32,000 nucleotides of DNA from Geotalea uraniireducens Rf4 (GCF_000016745.1 NC_009483.1:4470001-4502000); one strand, 5' to 3'; numbered from the stretch's first letter, positions 7,741-16,916 are shown. The notes: a model not told the origin generated them from the letters alone. Made by a program: numbers and translations.

Positions 7741-8754
7741 TTATGTTTTTCGAGTCGATACTGCCGATCGATCAAATTGCTTGCTTAATGGTTGGCCGAA
7801 TTCTTTCACACGCATTACAGTAACGCCATCCGCTACCGGCCTGGATTTCCTGAATCGCGGTGAAATTAATCCTCTGATCATACCCGCACCATAGGCAAGG
7901 TGCAAGGCAGGAAAGACGCATAGCAATCGCGGTACAAGGTTGACCGCACCTGCGTTCAATGCCTCGAAAATTGAGCAGCAGAGTATTGTTATTGCATAGC
8001 ATAAAATGGGGATAACGTAAACAGATGTGATAAAAAGCGGTAATAAACAAAGATAAATAAGAAACAGAGACGGAATCAGGGTAATGTACTTAATTTCGCC
8101 GCTAATGTACGTCTGTTCAGCCCGTCCTCTCCCGTAGCCGAACATTTGCTTGAGGAAAGCCATAAACGTCGGTCGCTGACTCCGATGGATCGCCAAATCA
8201 GGATCATGTATAAGCAGAAGGCCTGCCTTCCTGATCCTTTCCATCAGTTCATTTTCTTCATTTGGATAGAGGCGTTCATCAAGTCCGCCGAATTCATGAA
8301 ATATATCTTTACGAAAGCTCAAGTTACATAGGATCAGCTCGTTATCGGCAGTAGCTCTTGCTTTTCCTGACTTGCGGTAGCGATTGCGCACGCCACCGCC
8401 GCCAAAAACAGATGCCAATGCCAGACCAATGGCCTTCTGCAGGGCGGCATCTTCGACGGGCGTCAAGGACGGCCCTCCGACAGCTGCAACGACTGGGTCC
8501 GCGTAATGCGGCAGGAGGCGTTTCAGGAACTGTGGAGAGACGCGGGAGTCGTCGTCGAGGAAATATAAAATATCTCCTCCTGCCTGCAAAGCGGCCTGGT
8601 TTCGCTGACAGCTCGGCTGCCTTCCATACGCGATAAGGAACTCGATCAGGTCGGATGGATAGTCAACGGCTGACAACGCCTCAAGCGCCTTCACCGGTCC
8701 GCCCGGCTTGACCGGAATTATTATGGATATTTTTCTGGCTGCCATTGGACTCAC
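7741..8754 (-). CDS. GT2-family glycosyltransferase with C-terminal membrane segments
   Basis: ISIIIPVKPGG...YFLDDDSRV, then hydrophobic helices (ITLIPSLFLIYLCLLPLFITSVYVIPILCYAITILC). Start is GTG 8754 or ATG 8745. Confidence 0.7.
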   Translation of the reverse strand: MSPMAARKISIIIPVKPGGPVKALEALSAVDYPSDLIEFLIAYGRQPSCQRNQAALQAGGDILYFLDDDSRVSPQFLKRLLPHYADPVVAAVGGPSLTPVEDAALQKAIGLALASVFGGGGVRNRYRKSGKARATADNELILCNLSFRKDIFHEFGGLDERLYPNEENELMERIRKAGLLLIHDPDLAIHRSQRPTFMAFLKQMFGYGRGRAEQTYISGEIKYITLIPSLFLIYLCLLPLFITSVYVIPILCYAITILCCSIFEALNAGAVNLVPRLLCVFPALHLAYGAGMIRGLISPRFRKSRPVADGVTVMRVKEFGQPLSKQFDRSAVSTRKT

Positions 8755-8782
8755 TGATCAACGTGCGAATCGACTGCGCAAT

Positions 8783-8808
8783 GAAAAAACCGGGCAACCC
8801 CGGTTTTC
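8783..8808 (-). terminator. hairpin plus U-run between the OMP gene and the glycosyltransferase genes (terminator or attenuator)
   Basis: Minus strand reads AAAACCGGGG-TTG-CCCGGTTTT-TTC, 33 nt after the OMP stop and only about 30 nt before the next start. Confidence 0.6.
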
Positions 8809-8840
8809 GCAACGCTTACTATTTCAAAAGCAATACGGCA

Positions 8841-11057
8841 TTAGAAGAACTTCTTCAGATTTGCCTCAAACCTCTTTTCAATCCTATTATTACCAGAGCC
8901 GCTTTGATCGCCGTAACTATAGTCTATGGTAGCTTGCATCTTCTGGAAATTAAAACCGATAGTGCCGTTATAGACCAGCTGTTCGTTATGTTGCGGCTGG
9001 TCAATGAGAGAATATCTTATCCTCGCTGCAAGATATACCCTGCTCAACGGATAGTATCTGGCGCCCAGGGTAAGACTGCGGGTCAACCTGTTATCGTTAT
9101 TACCGGCATTGAGTTTGCTATACTCCAGCGTTTCATTTAGTTCCAGTATCCTTCGCGCGATGCCCGATACCTGATAGAAATAGTAATTGGCATTTTGCTT
9201 TAACTCCGCGCTGTTTGTTTTGACACCTGCAAAGTCACTAGAATGGCGAAAGTTGTAGCGAATCAATGCATCCATGTAACGGTTTGGGGTATAGGTTGCA
9301 CTACCATCTATACTGAATTGCGAACTATTGGTGCTTTCGGTGTCTGTCGTTGTGTAGTTCGCATTCAATCTGACCATTAAAGACTTAAGTTGATAATCCA
9401 GGTTGGTCCCGTATTTGTTGGAAAAAATGCTTTCCCTGTTTTCCGCAACAATGGCTTCATTCTCATATATGAGGCCGAAACGCAACCTCGCTACAGGTTC
9501 CCAATCCGCTCTGGCTGTCGTCAAATAACGGCTGTAACTGTTTGACGGCAGCTGAATATTCCCCAATGTCGTAATGCCGCTGTTCCCACCGGAAACTGAT
9601 GGAGCAACAAAGTTCGTTCCAGTGCCGGTGGCAATCGTAACAGCTTCAATAAGTTCGGCCCTGAATGCGCTGATTGGCGTATAAACCATTCTGGCAGAAA
9701 TATCATGGTTCAAAGAGGAATCTGAAGATGCATTATCAGAGGTGACCGATCGGACCTTGTAACTGGCAAAAAGACCCAATTGGGAGGAAAATCTCCGGGT
9801 GCTTGCGGTTTCGATTGATCCTTGAATCGACAGGTTATTGTCGGAACCGTTTTTATAATTATCAATCAGGAATTCCTGGGAAAGGGTAAAAGGGGCGCGC
9901 TTGAATGTATTGACACGCAGAGAAGCCAGGGTTTCCATATTGTCCAGATTTGAACCCGATTGCGCATACTTAACCTGCTGATTACTGAATCTGGCGCGCC
10001 AATCGGTTTCCGTGCCCCATACGCCGCTTATGTATAAAGGCAACCTGGTGTCGTACCTGAGACCGTTATTATCGATGATACGACTGAAGGTATTGAAGGT
10101 CCTTGCCTCCCATTTACTCCTTGATGCAATACCGAAAAGGTTCACATCGTAACTTTCTGTACTGTTGCTGCTGTCGGTACGTTTGGTATACGAACCATCA
10201 GCCGAAATCTGTATCCAGTTGGAAAAATGCACCCATTTTCTTTGCATGGACTGATCCACGGTTCCTATAAGAAACTGGTATTCATCAAAGTCTTGCTCTT
10301 TATTGATATAGTCTTTGTAGCGTGTAGACCTGAACTGCACCCAGTTGTCCTTCTTGTTCAAGCTGGCAATCGCCAGCTTTTTCAGTCGATTATTTACTGG
10401 GGTGATGCTTTTGAGGTCACGGTTGATCTCGTCGCTGTAATCCAACACGATCATCGGTAAACTATTAAAAACAGAGTTGTAGCGGTTGTTCATGGAGTTT
10501 TTCACGCCAAACTCCATGGTTGCACCGCTTCTTATGCGGGTACCGTCGATAATGGCGGTGTCCAGACCTGGATTAATCATCGCAACATCCGACGAAATCA
10601 AAGTCGTGCTATTAATAATGGATGAGTCTCTGAGGAAAACAGAGCGAGTCATGTCGCCGCTGAAGAGCTTCAAGCGAAACGGAAGTTCCTGCGGATCGAT
10701 GACTAACAAGCCATTATAGAGAATGTGTCCGGCTGTACTATTAAAGCTATCCTCTTCGCCCGGAGTTTTTATTTTGCCGTTCAGGGCAGACCATTCATAT
10801 CCCAACGAAAGCTTGTAGCCGCCGAGGCGCCCTTTGGCGAAGCGGTCGCTGATGTCATAGCGGAGAGAATATCGTTGCCTGAAGCTCGATCCATCGAGTT
10901 GCTTGACGCCGTTGTCTTCCCGGTCATAACTTACGTAGCCCAATTCCGCCTCACCGCTCAGGCCGGCAAGGGCCGCAGACGGCGAAACAGAAAACAAGGC
11001 CGCAAGAAAGAGCGCGATGCAAGCTATTATCTCTATATTCGGGCACTTTGTCGGCAT
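8841..11057 (-). CDS. large outer-membrane beta-barrel protein (738 aa), family not recognised
   Basis: Signal peptide ...SPSAALA/GL. Alternating aromatic/polar strand-like pattern throughout, with many Y/N/S/T/R residues. C-terminal ...ANLKKFF with a terminal Phe, typical of OMPs. Confidence 0.65.
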   Translation of the reverse strand: MPTKCPNIEIIACIALFLAALFSVSPSAALAGLSGEAELGYVSYDREDNGVKQLDGSSFRQRYSLRYDISDRFAKGRLGGYKLSLGYEWSALNGKIKTPGEEDSFNSTAGHILYNGLLVIDPQELPFRLKLFSGDMTRSVFLRDSSIINSTTLISSDVAMINPGLDTAIIDGTRIRSGATMEFGVKNSMNNRYNSVFNSLPMIVLDYSDEINRDLKSITPVNNRLKKLAIASLNKKDNWVQFRSTRYKDYINKEQDFDEYQFLIGTVDQSMQRKWVHFSNWIQISADGSYTKRTDSSNSTESYDVNLFGIASRSKWEARTFNTFSRIIDNNGLRYDTRLPLYISGVWGTETDWRARFSNQQVKYAQSGSNLDNMETLASLRVNTFKRAPFTLSQEFLIDNYKNGSDNNLSIQGSIETASTRRFSSQLGLFASYKVRSVTSDNASSDSSLNHDISARMVYTPISAFRAELIEAVTIATGTGTNFVAPSVSGGNSGITTLGNIQLPSNSYSRYLTTARADWEPVARLRFGLIYENEAIVAENRESIFSNKYGTNLDYQLKSLMVRLNANYTTTDTESTNSSQFSIDGSATYTPNRYMDALIRYNFRHSSDFAGVKTNSAELKQNANYYFYQVSGIARRILELNETLEYSKLNAGNNDNRLTRSLTLGARYYPLSRVYLAARIRYSLIDQPQHNEQLVYNGTIGFNFQKMQATIDYSYGDQSGSGNNRIEKRFEANLKKFF

Positions 11058-11321
11058 GGCACTCTTTGTTTTTTCCTCGGAGGATTATTCCACCCTAATT
11101 ATCAACAACACGGGGTCTCTAGAGTAGTATATTCTGCAAGTATCGTACCCTTTTGTACAATATTTTGACACGCCTTAATTGCATAACTGCGCGTTTTTTC
11201 ACAAGATTTATATTGCAGCCGACTAATCTTCGACAACCGGTCGTTTGCCAGCCGAATAGCTTAAAATTACCTGCCAAATAGCGCGCAACGATAGAACCTA
11301 TAAAAAGCATTTTAGCTACGA

Positions 11322-11443
11322 TTTTCACGAATTCACACGAATATACAAGCTCTCGCGATGCAGAAGGCACTCACCAGATCGGTGACTACTCAAGGCTTTA
11401 CAAGGGGTTAAAACATTCGTGTTTATTCGTGTCATTCGTGGCT
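11322..11443. promoter_or_regulatory. cluster of five ATTCGTG/CACGAAT heptads in inverted arrangement (2 + 3)
   Basis: CACGAATtcaCACGAAT (11326-11342), then about 70 nt, then ATTCGTGtttATTCGTGtcATTCGTG (11414-11440). The spacer contains the hairpin TCACC-n5-GGTGA. It lies in the 590-nt non-coding region upstream of the OMP gene. Confidence 0.4.
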
Positions 11444-11599
11444 AACTGCCGTTTTTGAACTGAACGGTCTACATCAGAAATGAAGACGACAGTCGCCCTG
11501 CAAAGCGTTTACCCTATCACATCAGAACCGTTATTTCAACATGAGAAGTTTGCAATGAATATACTGCGGACAAGTGGTAGACAAGAAAGGGTGATGGAC

Positions 11600-11630
11600 A
11601 AGAAAAGGGGATGGAAAACTCCATCCCCTT
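11600..11630 (-). terminator. rho-independent terminator of the tetrahaem cytochrome gene
   Basis: Minus strand reads GGGGATGG-agtttt-CCATCCCC-TTTTCTT, about 20 nt after the stop. Confidence 0.85.
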
Positions 11631-11651
11631 TCAACACAGCAGAACAATCGA

Positions 11652-12365
11652 TTACTTAATGTGGCATTTGAGGCAAAGACCACTGCCTGCAAGCGACCCT
11701 CTCAGGAAAGGTGCGATGGCGTTGTCATGCACGTTGTGGCAGGAGCTGCACTCCATGATGCCGTTCTGGAACGGCAGACCGGTGGCGGCAGTCGTATCTG
11801 CCAAGCTGCCGGGTCTTGCATTATTAACGGTTACCACAGCCTTGGCATAATCAATGTTGACCGGGTGGTCGTTGGTCAGGTCGGTTCCCAGATTTGCCGC
11901 ACCGGTAATTACAACACCAACACCAGCACTTTGCACGTTTGATTGAGCAGCACTTAAACCATACGGCTGATTGTTGAGGGTGGCGCCGCCCATGGTGGTT
12001 GCACCGTCATGGCAGGTCATGCAGAGGAGCGACGTGCTCTTCGTGCTGAACTGGCCCTTAACGGAGCCCTGGAACCAGCCATCCGCAACACTGCCTTCCA
12101 TCATGATACCTGATGTATAGGTGGCAAATGCAGTGTCAGCCGTTGCTCCCTTTCTGTTCCACAGTGCCTTGGTCTTGGCAGAGTTGTGCGGGGTGTGACA
12201 GTAAACGCAGACCTGTGTCGCACCGGAGTTTCCGGCGGAGTACCCGCCCGCTACGCCGTTTCCAAAGGACAGGTCATGCTTTGTGCCGACGATGCTGGCA
12301 GCGAAGGCGCTGCCTGCCATGACGACTGCTGATACCGCTACCAGAGTTGCTAATAACTTTTTCAT
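11652..12365 (-). CDS. omcE: secreted tetrahaem c-type cytochrome, OmcE-like
   Basis: Start moved to MKKLLATLVAVSAVVMAGSAFA (AGGAGGAG SD). Four CXXCH motifs (CVYCH, CMTCH, CSSCH, CLKCH). The KHDLS...CVYCHTPHNS motif is typical of Geobacter outer-surface cytochromes. Size and position downstream of ppcA-resB-ccsA-2 cytochromes-NHL match my recollection of the G. sulfurreducens GSU0612-GSU0618 (ppcA...omcE) locus. The symbol is tentative. Confidence 0.6.
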   Translation of the reverse strand: MKKLLATLVAVSAVVMAGSAFAASIVGTKHDLSFGNGVAGGYSAGNSGATQVCVYCHTPHNSAKTKALWNRKGATADTAFATYTSGIMMEGSVADGWFQGSVKGQFSTKSTSLLCMTCHDGATTMGGATLNNQPYGLSAAQSNVQSAGVGVVITGAANLGTDLTNDHPVNIDYAKAVVTVNNARPGSLADTTAATGLPFQNGIMECSSCHNVHDNAIAPFLRGSLAGSGLCLKCHIK

Positions 12366-12451
12366 CTCTTTACTCCTCCTCTTTCTTGGTTGTTTGTGCT
12401 GCAAGGATTGTTTCCCCAGACACAATTAGTAATCGTATTGAACATTACACT

Positions 12452-12467
12452 AGCAATTCCCGTGCCA
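12452..12467 (-). promoter_or_regulatory. sigma-54 promoter TGGCACGGGAATTGCT
   Basis: Minus strand matches the consensus TGGCACG-N4-TTGCW at every conserved position. It lies 87-102 nt upstream of the ATG at 12365. Confidence 0.7.
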
Positions 12468-12589
12468 CAATCCTTACGCACGTTAACCAACCAATTTCAT
12501 TACAGTATTGTTTATTTACGCTACATACCAACCGGTCATTTCGCCAGCCCACCGATTAACGCAGGCTAATTGACAGTCATTTCACGGCG

Positions 12590-13672
12590 CTATTCCTTCG
12601 ATGCTGCACCCGTCTCAACGGGGTGATTTTTGAGGTAACGCTCATCCATGTACTGAAACATCTGGAAGCGGTAATTCATCTGGTCGACCACGTAGATGGT
12701 GTTGTTCTTGTCGATGAATATCCCCATGGGAAGGAGGAAGCCGCCGGGGGCAATTTTCTGCTCAGAGGTAAACGCTCCACCCACCGTCAGGAGATACTCC
12801 CCCTTGGGAGAAAAGATCGAGAAGGTGTTCCCCTTGCCGTCAACCGCGTAGATATGGTCCTCCGTATCGCGGGCAATACCCTTTATCATCTGGAATTCAC
12901 CGGGATTGTCGCCGCGCGTGCCGAACTTGCGGATGAACTTCCCTGTCGGGTCAAAGAGCTGGACGCGCGTATTAAGAGAATCCGCCACAACAATGGTGCC
13001 GTCCTTCAGGATCGTGGCCCAGGCGGGGACGTTGAACTCCCCTTCCTCCCCTCCACGCTTGCCGAAGGAAAAGAGCTGTTTGCCGGCAAGGTCGATGACC
13101 TCGATTTTATGTCCCTGGGAATCACAGACGATTATCCTTTTCCGCTCCTTGTCGATGGCAATGCCGATCGGCCGCGTGACAAATGCGGCCAGATCGATGT
13201 TGCCCACGGGCTTTTCATCCTTGTTGAAGATAAAGATCTTTTTGGCGTCTGCATCCGCAACATAGATATTGCCGGCCACGTCAATGTCGATCCCCATCGG
13301 CTCCTGAAAAAGCTGCTCCAGATTCTTGCCGAATATATGCACCTTGTTGTTTTTCAGGTCATAGACGACTATTGCATGATTCAACGGGTCACAGACGTAG
13401 ACCAGCCCTTCTCCATCGGCGGCAATACCGCTGGGGCGGTTGAAGGCGATCGGGTCGTCCTTGCCGAAAACGCCTTCGAAAAAGAGCTGCGATCCCGTCT
13501 TCGGCAGGTCGTGCTGGCTGCGATAGGCGCCCAGCCACTCGATTTTCGGGTCATCCGGCAGCGGCGGCCAGTAGAATCTGTGTTTCATCGGGGGAGTGCC
13601 GGCGCATCCCGCCAATAATCCAACCATGATGAGCATCGCGACAATCTTTGTACGCCAACAGAATTCTTTCAT
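12590..13672 (-). CDS. NHL-repeat beta-propeller lipoprotein
   Basis: Lipobox LLAGC. About six repeats of the NHL type (GEFNVPAWATILKDGTIVVADSLNTRVQLFD, GEFQMIKGIARDTEDHIYAVDGKGNTFSIF ...). Confidence 0.8.
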   Translation of the reverse strand: MKEFCWRTKIVAMLIMVGLLAGCAGTPPMKHRFYWPPLPDDPKIEWLGAYRSQHDLPKTGSQLFFEGVFGKDDPIAFNRPSGIAADGEGLVYVCDPLNHAIVVYDLKNNKVHIFGKNLEQLFQEPMGIDIDVAGNIYVADADAKKIFIFNKDEKPVGNIDLAAFVTRPIGIAIDKERKRIIVCDSQGHKIEVIDLAGKQLFSFGKRGGEEGEFNVPAWATILKDGTIVVADSLNTRVQLFDPTGKFIRKFGTRGDNPGEFQMIKGIARDTEDHIYAVDGKGNTFSIFSPKGEYLLTVGGAFTSEQKIAPGGFLLPMGIFIDKNNTIYVVDQMNYRFQMFQYMDERYLKNHPVETGAASKE

Positions 13673-13744
13673 AATTTCTCCTTTTTTACAGCATCAGTTA
13701 GATAATTGCACTGACATCAAAAGCTGTGAAAACTATCTTTTTTG

Positions 13745-13855
13745 CACCCTCCCCCAGCCCCTCCCATCGAAGGGAGGGGAGCTTTTATTCCCTCTCCCTT
13801 GGCGGACCCAAATTGCGGGCCTAAAGGAGAGGGCCAGGGAGAGGAGGGAATGTGT
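13745..13855. repeat. GC-rich nested hairpin element (CCCCTCCC-atcgaa-GGGAGGGG; ATTCCCTCTCCC...GGGAGAGGAGGGAAT)
   Basis: Inverted repeats read directly in the 225-nt spacer between the 8-haem cytochrome gene and the NHL gene. REP-like appearance. Confidence 0.5.
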
Positions 13856-13897
13856 CGGCCTTTTTATTTTCTGAAGAAGAGTAAGTGACGACCAACT

Positions 13898-14890
13898 TTA
13901 TTTATTATGACACATCTGGCAAAGCTGCATCCTGTCTTCGAGATTGTTCTGGAAAAAGTACCGCACATCGCCGCCGTGGGGGTTATGGCAAGATACGCAG
14001 GAAAGCTCCCGGCCGGAACCCGGCCTGGATGGATCCGGTTTGTCCTTGAGCGGATGTCCGGTGCCGTTGGAAGTCCGCACCACATGCGTGTCGACGGCGA
14101 TCGACTCATGGCAGGAAAGGCAGAGCGCATTGATCGGCTGGTGCAGTTGGGCCGGATAATTGCTGCTATGTGCATCGTGGCAGATTTCACACATGCCGGC
14201 TTCAACCGGGCCGTGCAGATACTTGCGCTTCTTGAATTCAGCCGCCTTGTCGGCATGGCAATCGTTGCACAACGCCGCGTCGCGCCGGGGAAGCGCATAT
14301 TTCGGTTTCCCCTGGAGACTGTGACAATAGGCGCAGGAGAAGGTGCCTACCGGTCCATGGACATAATTCAGGTTCGCAATCTTCTTGTGACAAGTATAAC
14401 AGGGGTTTTTCTGGTCGACACTGCCGTCGAGCTGGGCAGTCGTAGGGGTCATGTTATGGCAGGCACTGCAAAGCTTCTCGATTTCAGGAACATGAACCAC
14501 ATTGGGGCGGTATTCGGCAGGAACTGCGGCCGGGTCTCCCTTGAGATTGTAATAAATGTCGGTCGTCGCCGTCTCGATTTTTTTCTCGCCGCTGTAGCCT
14601 TCAACAACAATGTCGTTCTTTCCGGGATCCCAGACCGGCTGCAGAATGAGAAAATCCTGAAAAGCCTTCCTGTATTCCGGCGAGCTTATCAGCATGAGTT
14701 CGCTGGCCAGACCGTTGACGGTTATCCTGACTCCGGTGATTTCAGGGTTGTTCAATTTGAAAATAAGGTAGTCGGTACGTTTGACCCAACTCTTCTGCGC
14801 CGGATAAAGGAAGGTAATCGCCGCTTCGGCGGCAAAGGCCGTCAGGGCCACACTCAACGCTGCGATTGTTGCAAGACTCTTCCAGAACAT
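13898..14890 (-). CDS. octahaem c-type cytochrome (c7/c3-like repeats) with an N-terminal non-haem beta-rich domain
   Basis: Start at MFWKSLATIAALSVALTAFA (AGAGGAG SD). Eight CXXCH motifs. Recurrent HGPV..G.C..CH motif of c7-type domains. Confidence 0.85.
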   Translation of the reverse strand: MFWKSLATIAALSVALTAFAAEAAITFLYPAQKSWVKRTDYLIFKLNNPEITGVRITVNGLASELMLISSPEYRKAFQDFLILQPVWDPGKNDIVVEGYSGEKKIETATTDIYYNLKGDPAAVPAEYRPNVVHVPEIEKLCSACHNMTPTTAQLDGSVDQKNPCYTCHKKIANLNYVHGPVGTFSCAYCHSLQGKPKYALPRRDAALCNDCHADKAAEFKKRKYLHGPVEAGMCEICHDAHSSNYPAQLHQPINALCLSCHESIAVDTHVVRTSNGTGHPLKDKPDPSRPGSGRELSCVSCHNPHGGDVRYFFQNNLEDRMQLCQMCHNK

Positions 14891-14974
14891 AGTAACTCCT
14901 CTTGACGGCAACGAATGGGTGACCAACCGTGGACGGGTCACAGCCCGACGTTGAATAAACCCCGCTTGCTTCTA

Positions 14975-15970
14975 TTAGTCGCCGTATCCGGACCTGTTGT
15001 ATGTCCGGGGTTTATGGCAACCGACTATACATGTCCCGCCGGTTGAGGTTTTTTCGTAATTTATGGGTATTTCCCACCTGCCGAAGCCGGGTATTCTACC
15101 TTTGATGAGCTTTGCCTGGCTGGCAGCATGGGGATCGTGGCAGGTTTTGCACGAACGGCCCTTGCCGGACATGTTGACGTGAAGATAGTGCAGATTCCGA
15201 TCGCCATCACGGAAATTGGTAATGGTATCTGTCCGCCGGTCTGCGGCAAGTTCCCGGTTATGACAATTAAAACATAAGGAAAAATTATCGGCGTTGTAAG
15301 ACATGTAAAAGAATTCGGGGAAGTTGTTGCGCAACAGTTTACGATATTTTGAACCATGGGGCGCATGGCAAGCAACGCAGTCACCTTTTGCAACCGGCGC
15401 ATGAACCGATTTTCCCGACATCCCGGTACGATCATGACAGCTGAAACATAGGGCAGCGCCGCCTATTTTCAATAACATGCGGTTGTCGGACTGATGTGGA
15501 TCGTGACAAACAAGACAATTGCCGGCTACGACCGGCCCGTGACCGAACGTATGCCTGAACTTATCTTCGTGGCACGTAAGACAAAGGGCCGCGCCCCTGC
15601 CTTTCAGCAGCTTTGCGTCAGCAGATGCATGGGGACTGTGGCAGGCGATACAGTCTCCCGAAGCAACGGGGGCATGAACATGTTTTTTACCGGCCAATGA
15701 TTCGTGACACATGTAGCAGAGCTTTGACCCGACCTCGACAAGGGCGACAGAACCCTTTTCATCCGGATGCTGTCCACCCTTGAGAGGCTGGTGGCAGGAG
15801 ACGCACTCGCCGGCGCCGAATGGGGAATGAACGAATTGTTCTTTGCCGATGTCATTGTGACATGCCAGGCAGTTAAGAGTTTCTGCCCTGACGAAATCGG
15901 GACAAGTAAAGGATAAAGAAATGGTTGCAACAAGGGCAGCCGGGAGCAGAAACCTAAAGCTTACACACAT
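14975..15970 (-). CDS. undecahaem c-type cytochrome (10 CXXCH + 1 CX3CH)
   Basis: Signal peptide. CLACH, CVSCH, CYMCH, CIACH, CLTCH, CLVCH, CFSCH, CVACH, CFNCH, CKTCH, plus the C-terminal CIVGCH. Confidence 0.85.
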   Translation of the reverse strand: MCVSFRFLLPAALVATISLSFTCPDFVRAETLNCLACHNDIGKEQFVHSPFGAGECVSCHQPLKGGQHPDEKGSVALVEVGSKLCYMCHESLAGKKHVHAPVASGDCIACHSPHASADAKLLKGRGAALCLTCHEDKFRHTFGHGPVVAGNCLVCHDPHQSDNRMLLKIGGAALCFSCHDRTGMSGKSVHAPVAKGDCVACHAPHGSKYRKLLRNNFPEFFYMSYNADNFSLCFNCHNRELAADRRTDTITNFRDGDRNLHYLHVNMSGKGRSCKTCHDPHAASQAKLIKGRIPGFGRWEIPINYEKTSTGGTCIVGCHKPRTYNRSGYGD

Positions 15971-16067
15971 AGACCGATTCCATCGCCATTATTTAATGAA
16001 TGGATAAAAGATTGACCGGACTGTTCCCGTTGCGACCGTACAGAAAACCTTTCATTATCCACCGTGA

Positions 16068-16916
16068 TTACTTGCCGTAACTGTGCAGTCCCGACAAGAA
16101 GAGATTAACACCAAGGTAGCAGAATATGGTGGCAGCAAAGCCGACCACGGAAAGAATGGCCGCCCTTCTTCCGACCCAGCCCCTGGTGATGCGGGCATGA
16201 AGGAATGCAGCATAGACGAACCAGACGATCAACGACCAGGTTTCTTTCGGGTCCCAACTCCAATAGGTCCCCCAGGCATAATTGGCCCATGCGGCGCCGG
16301 TAACTATGCCGAGGGTCAAAAGCGGAAAGCCGATCATGATCGCTTTATAGTTGAGATCATCCAATACCTTGACGGAAGGGAACATGGAAATAATCCCGCC
16401 GGCCGGCGAGCCGGCGGAGGAATCTTCCTGCCTTTCCCGTATCAGATACATGATGGAAAGGCCACAGGCAACGGCAAAGGCCGCATAGCCGAGGAAGCAG
16501 GTTATCACGTGATATAACAACCAGTTACTCTGCAAAGCCGGAACCAACGGCTCTATGCCGCTATCGAGGCCGAGCTGCGCCCATGCCATCCCCAACAGGG
16601 CAAAAGGGACGACAAAGAAACCGACGGCACGGTATTTATACTTGAAGTCGAGAAGGAGAAAAATAAGAATAATGGTCCAGGAGAAAAAGACCACCGACTC
16701 GAAGAGGTTGGAGAGCGGCGCATGGCCACGTCCCAGGTCGTAAGACTCTTTCCAACGCAACGCGATGGCGGTAGTCTGGACCACAAACCCGAAAATTGCC
16801 GCAAGCGTGCCGGCAAAACCGACGGTCTTGTTCTTGCTGGCAAGGTAGGCCAGGAATATCACCGTTGAAGCCATGTATGAAATTGTCGTGACGTTAAACA
16901 GCATGGAACTGGACAT
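16068..16916 (-). CDS. ccsA: cytochrome c biogenesis System II protein CcsA/ResC
   Basis: Polytopic membrane protein with the WWD motif WGTYWSWDPKETW and conserved His residues. Confidence 0.9.
   Translation of the reverse strand: MSSSMLFNVTTISYMASTVIFLAYLASKNKTVGFAGTLAAIFGFVVQTTAIALRWKESYDLGRGHAPLSNLFESVVFFSWTIILIFLLLDFKYKYRAVGFFVVPFALLGMAWAQLGLDSGIEPLVPALQSNWLLYHVITCFLGYAAFAVACGLSIMYLIRERQEDSSAGSPAGGIISMFPSVKVLDDLNYKAIMIGFPLLTLGIVTGAAWANYAWGTYWSWDPKETWSLIVWFVYAAFLHARITRGWVGRRAAILSVVGFAATIFCYLGVNLFLSGLHSYGK

Noticed and set aside
11119-11370. 83-aa minus-strand ORF in the 590-nt region upstream of the OMP gene
   Set aside because: It has no ribosome-binding site, odd composition, and overlaps the ATTCGTG repeat cluster. 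The region is more plausibly regulatory or leader sequence.
11058-11650. Cyclic-dinucleotide (GEMM-type) riboswitch in the OMP leader or the omcE leader (12366-12450), as is common upstream of Geobacter outer-surface genes
   Set aside because: I could not recognise the conserved GEMM core sequences by eye on the minus strand. A covariance-model scan would be needed to exclude it properly.
12623-13618. Long antisense ORFs opposite well-supported genes: this one, plus 1542-2219, 13907-14905, 24330-25712, 27507-28430, 28324-29286, 30121-31152 and 31174-31959
   Set aside because: These are shadow ORFs typical of GC-rich coding DNA. The proteins are Arg/Gly/Pro-rich with no recognisable motifs, and the opposite strand encodes unambiguous NHL, cytochrome, PurH, SelD, Alr, ThiED and ThiC sequences.
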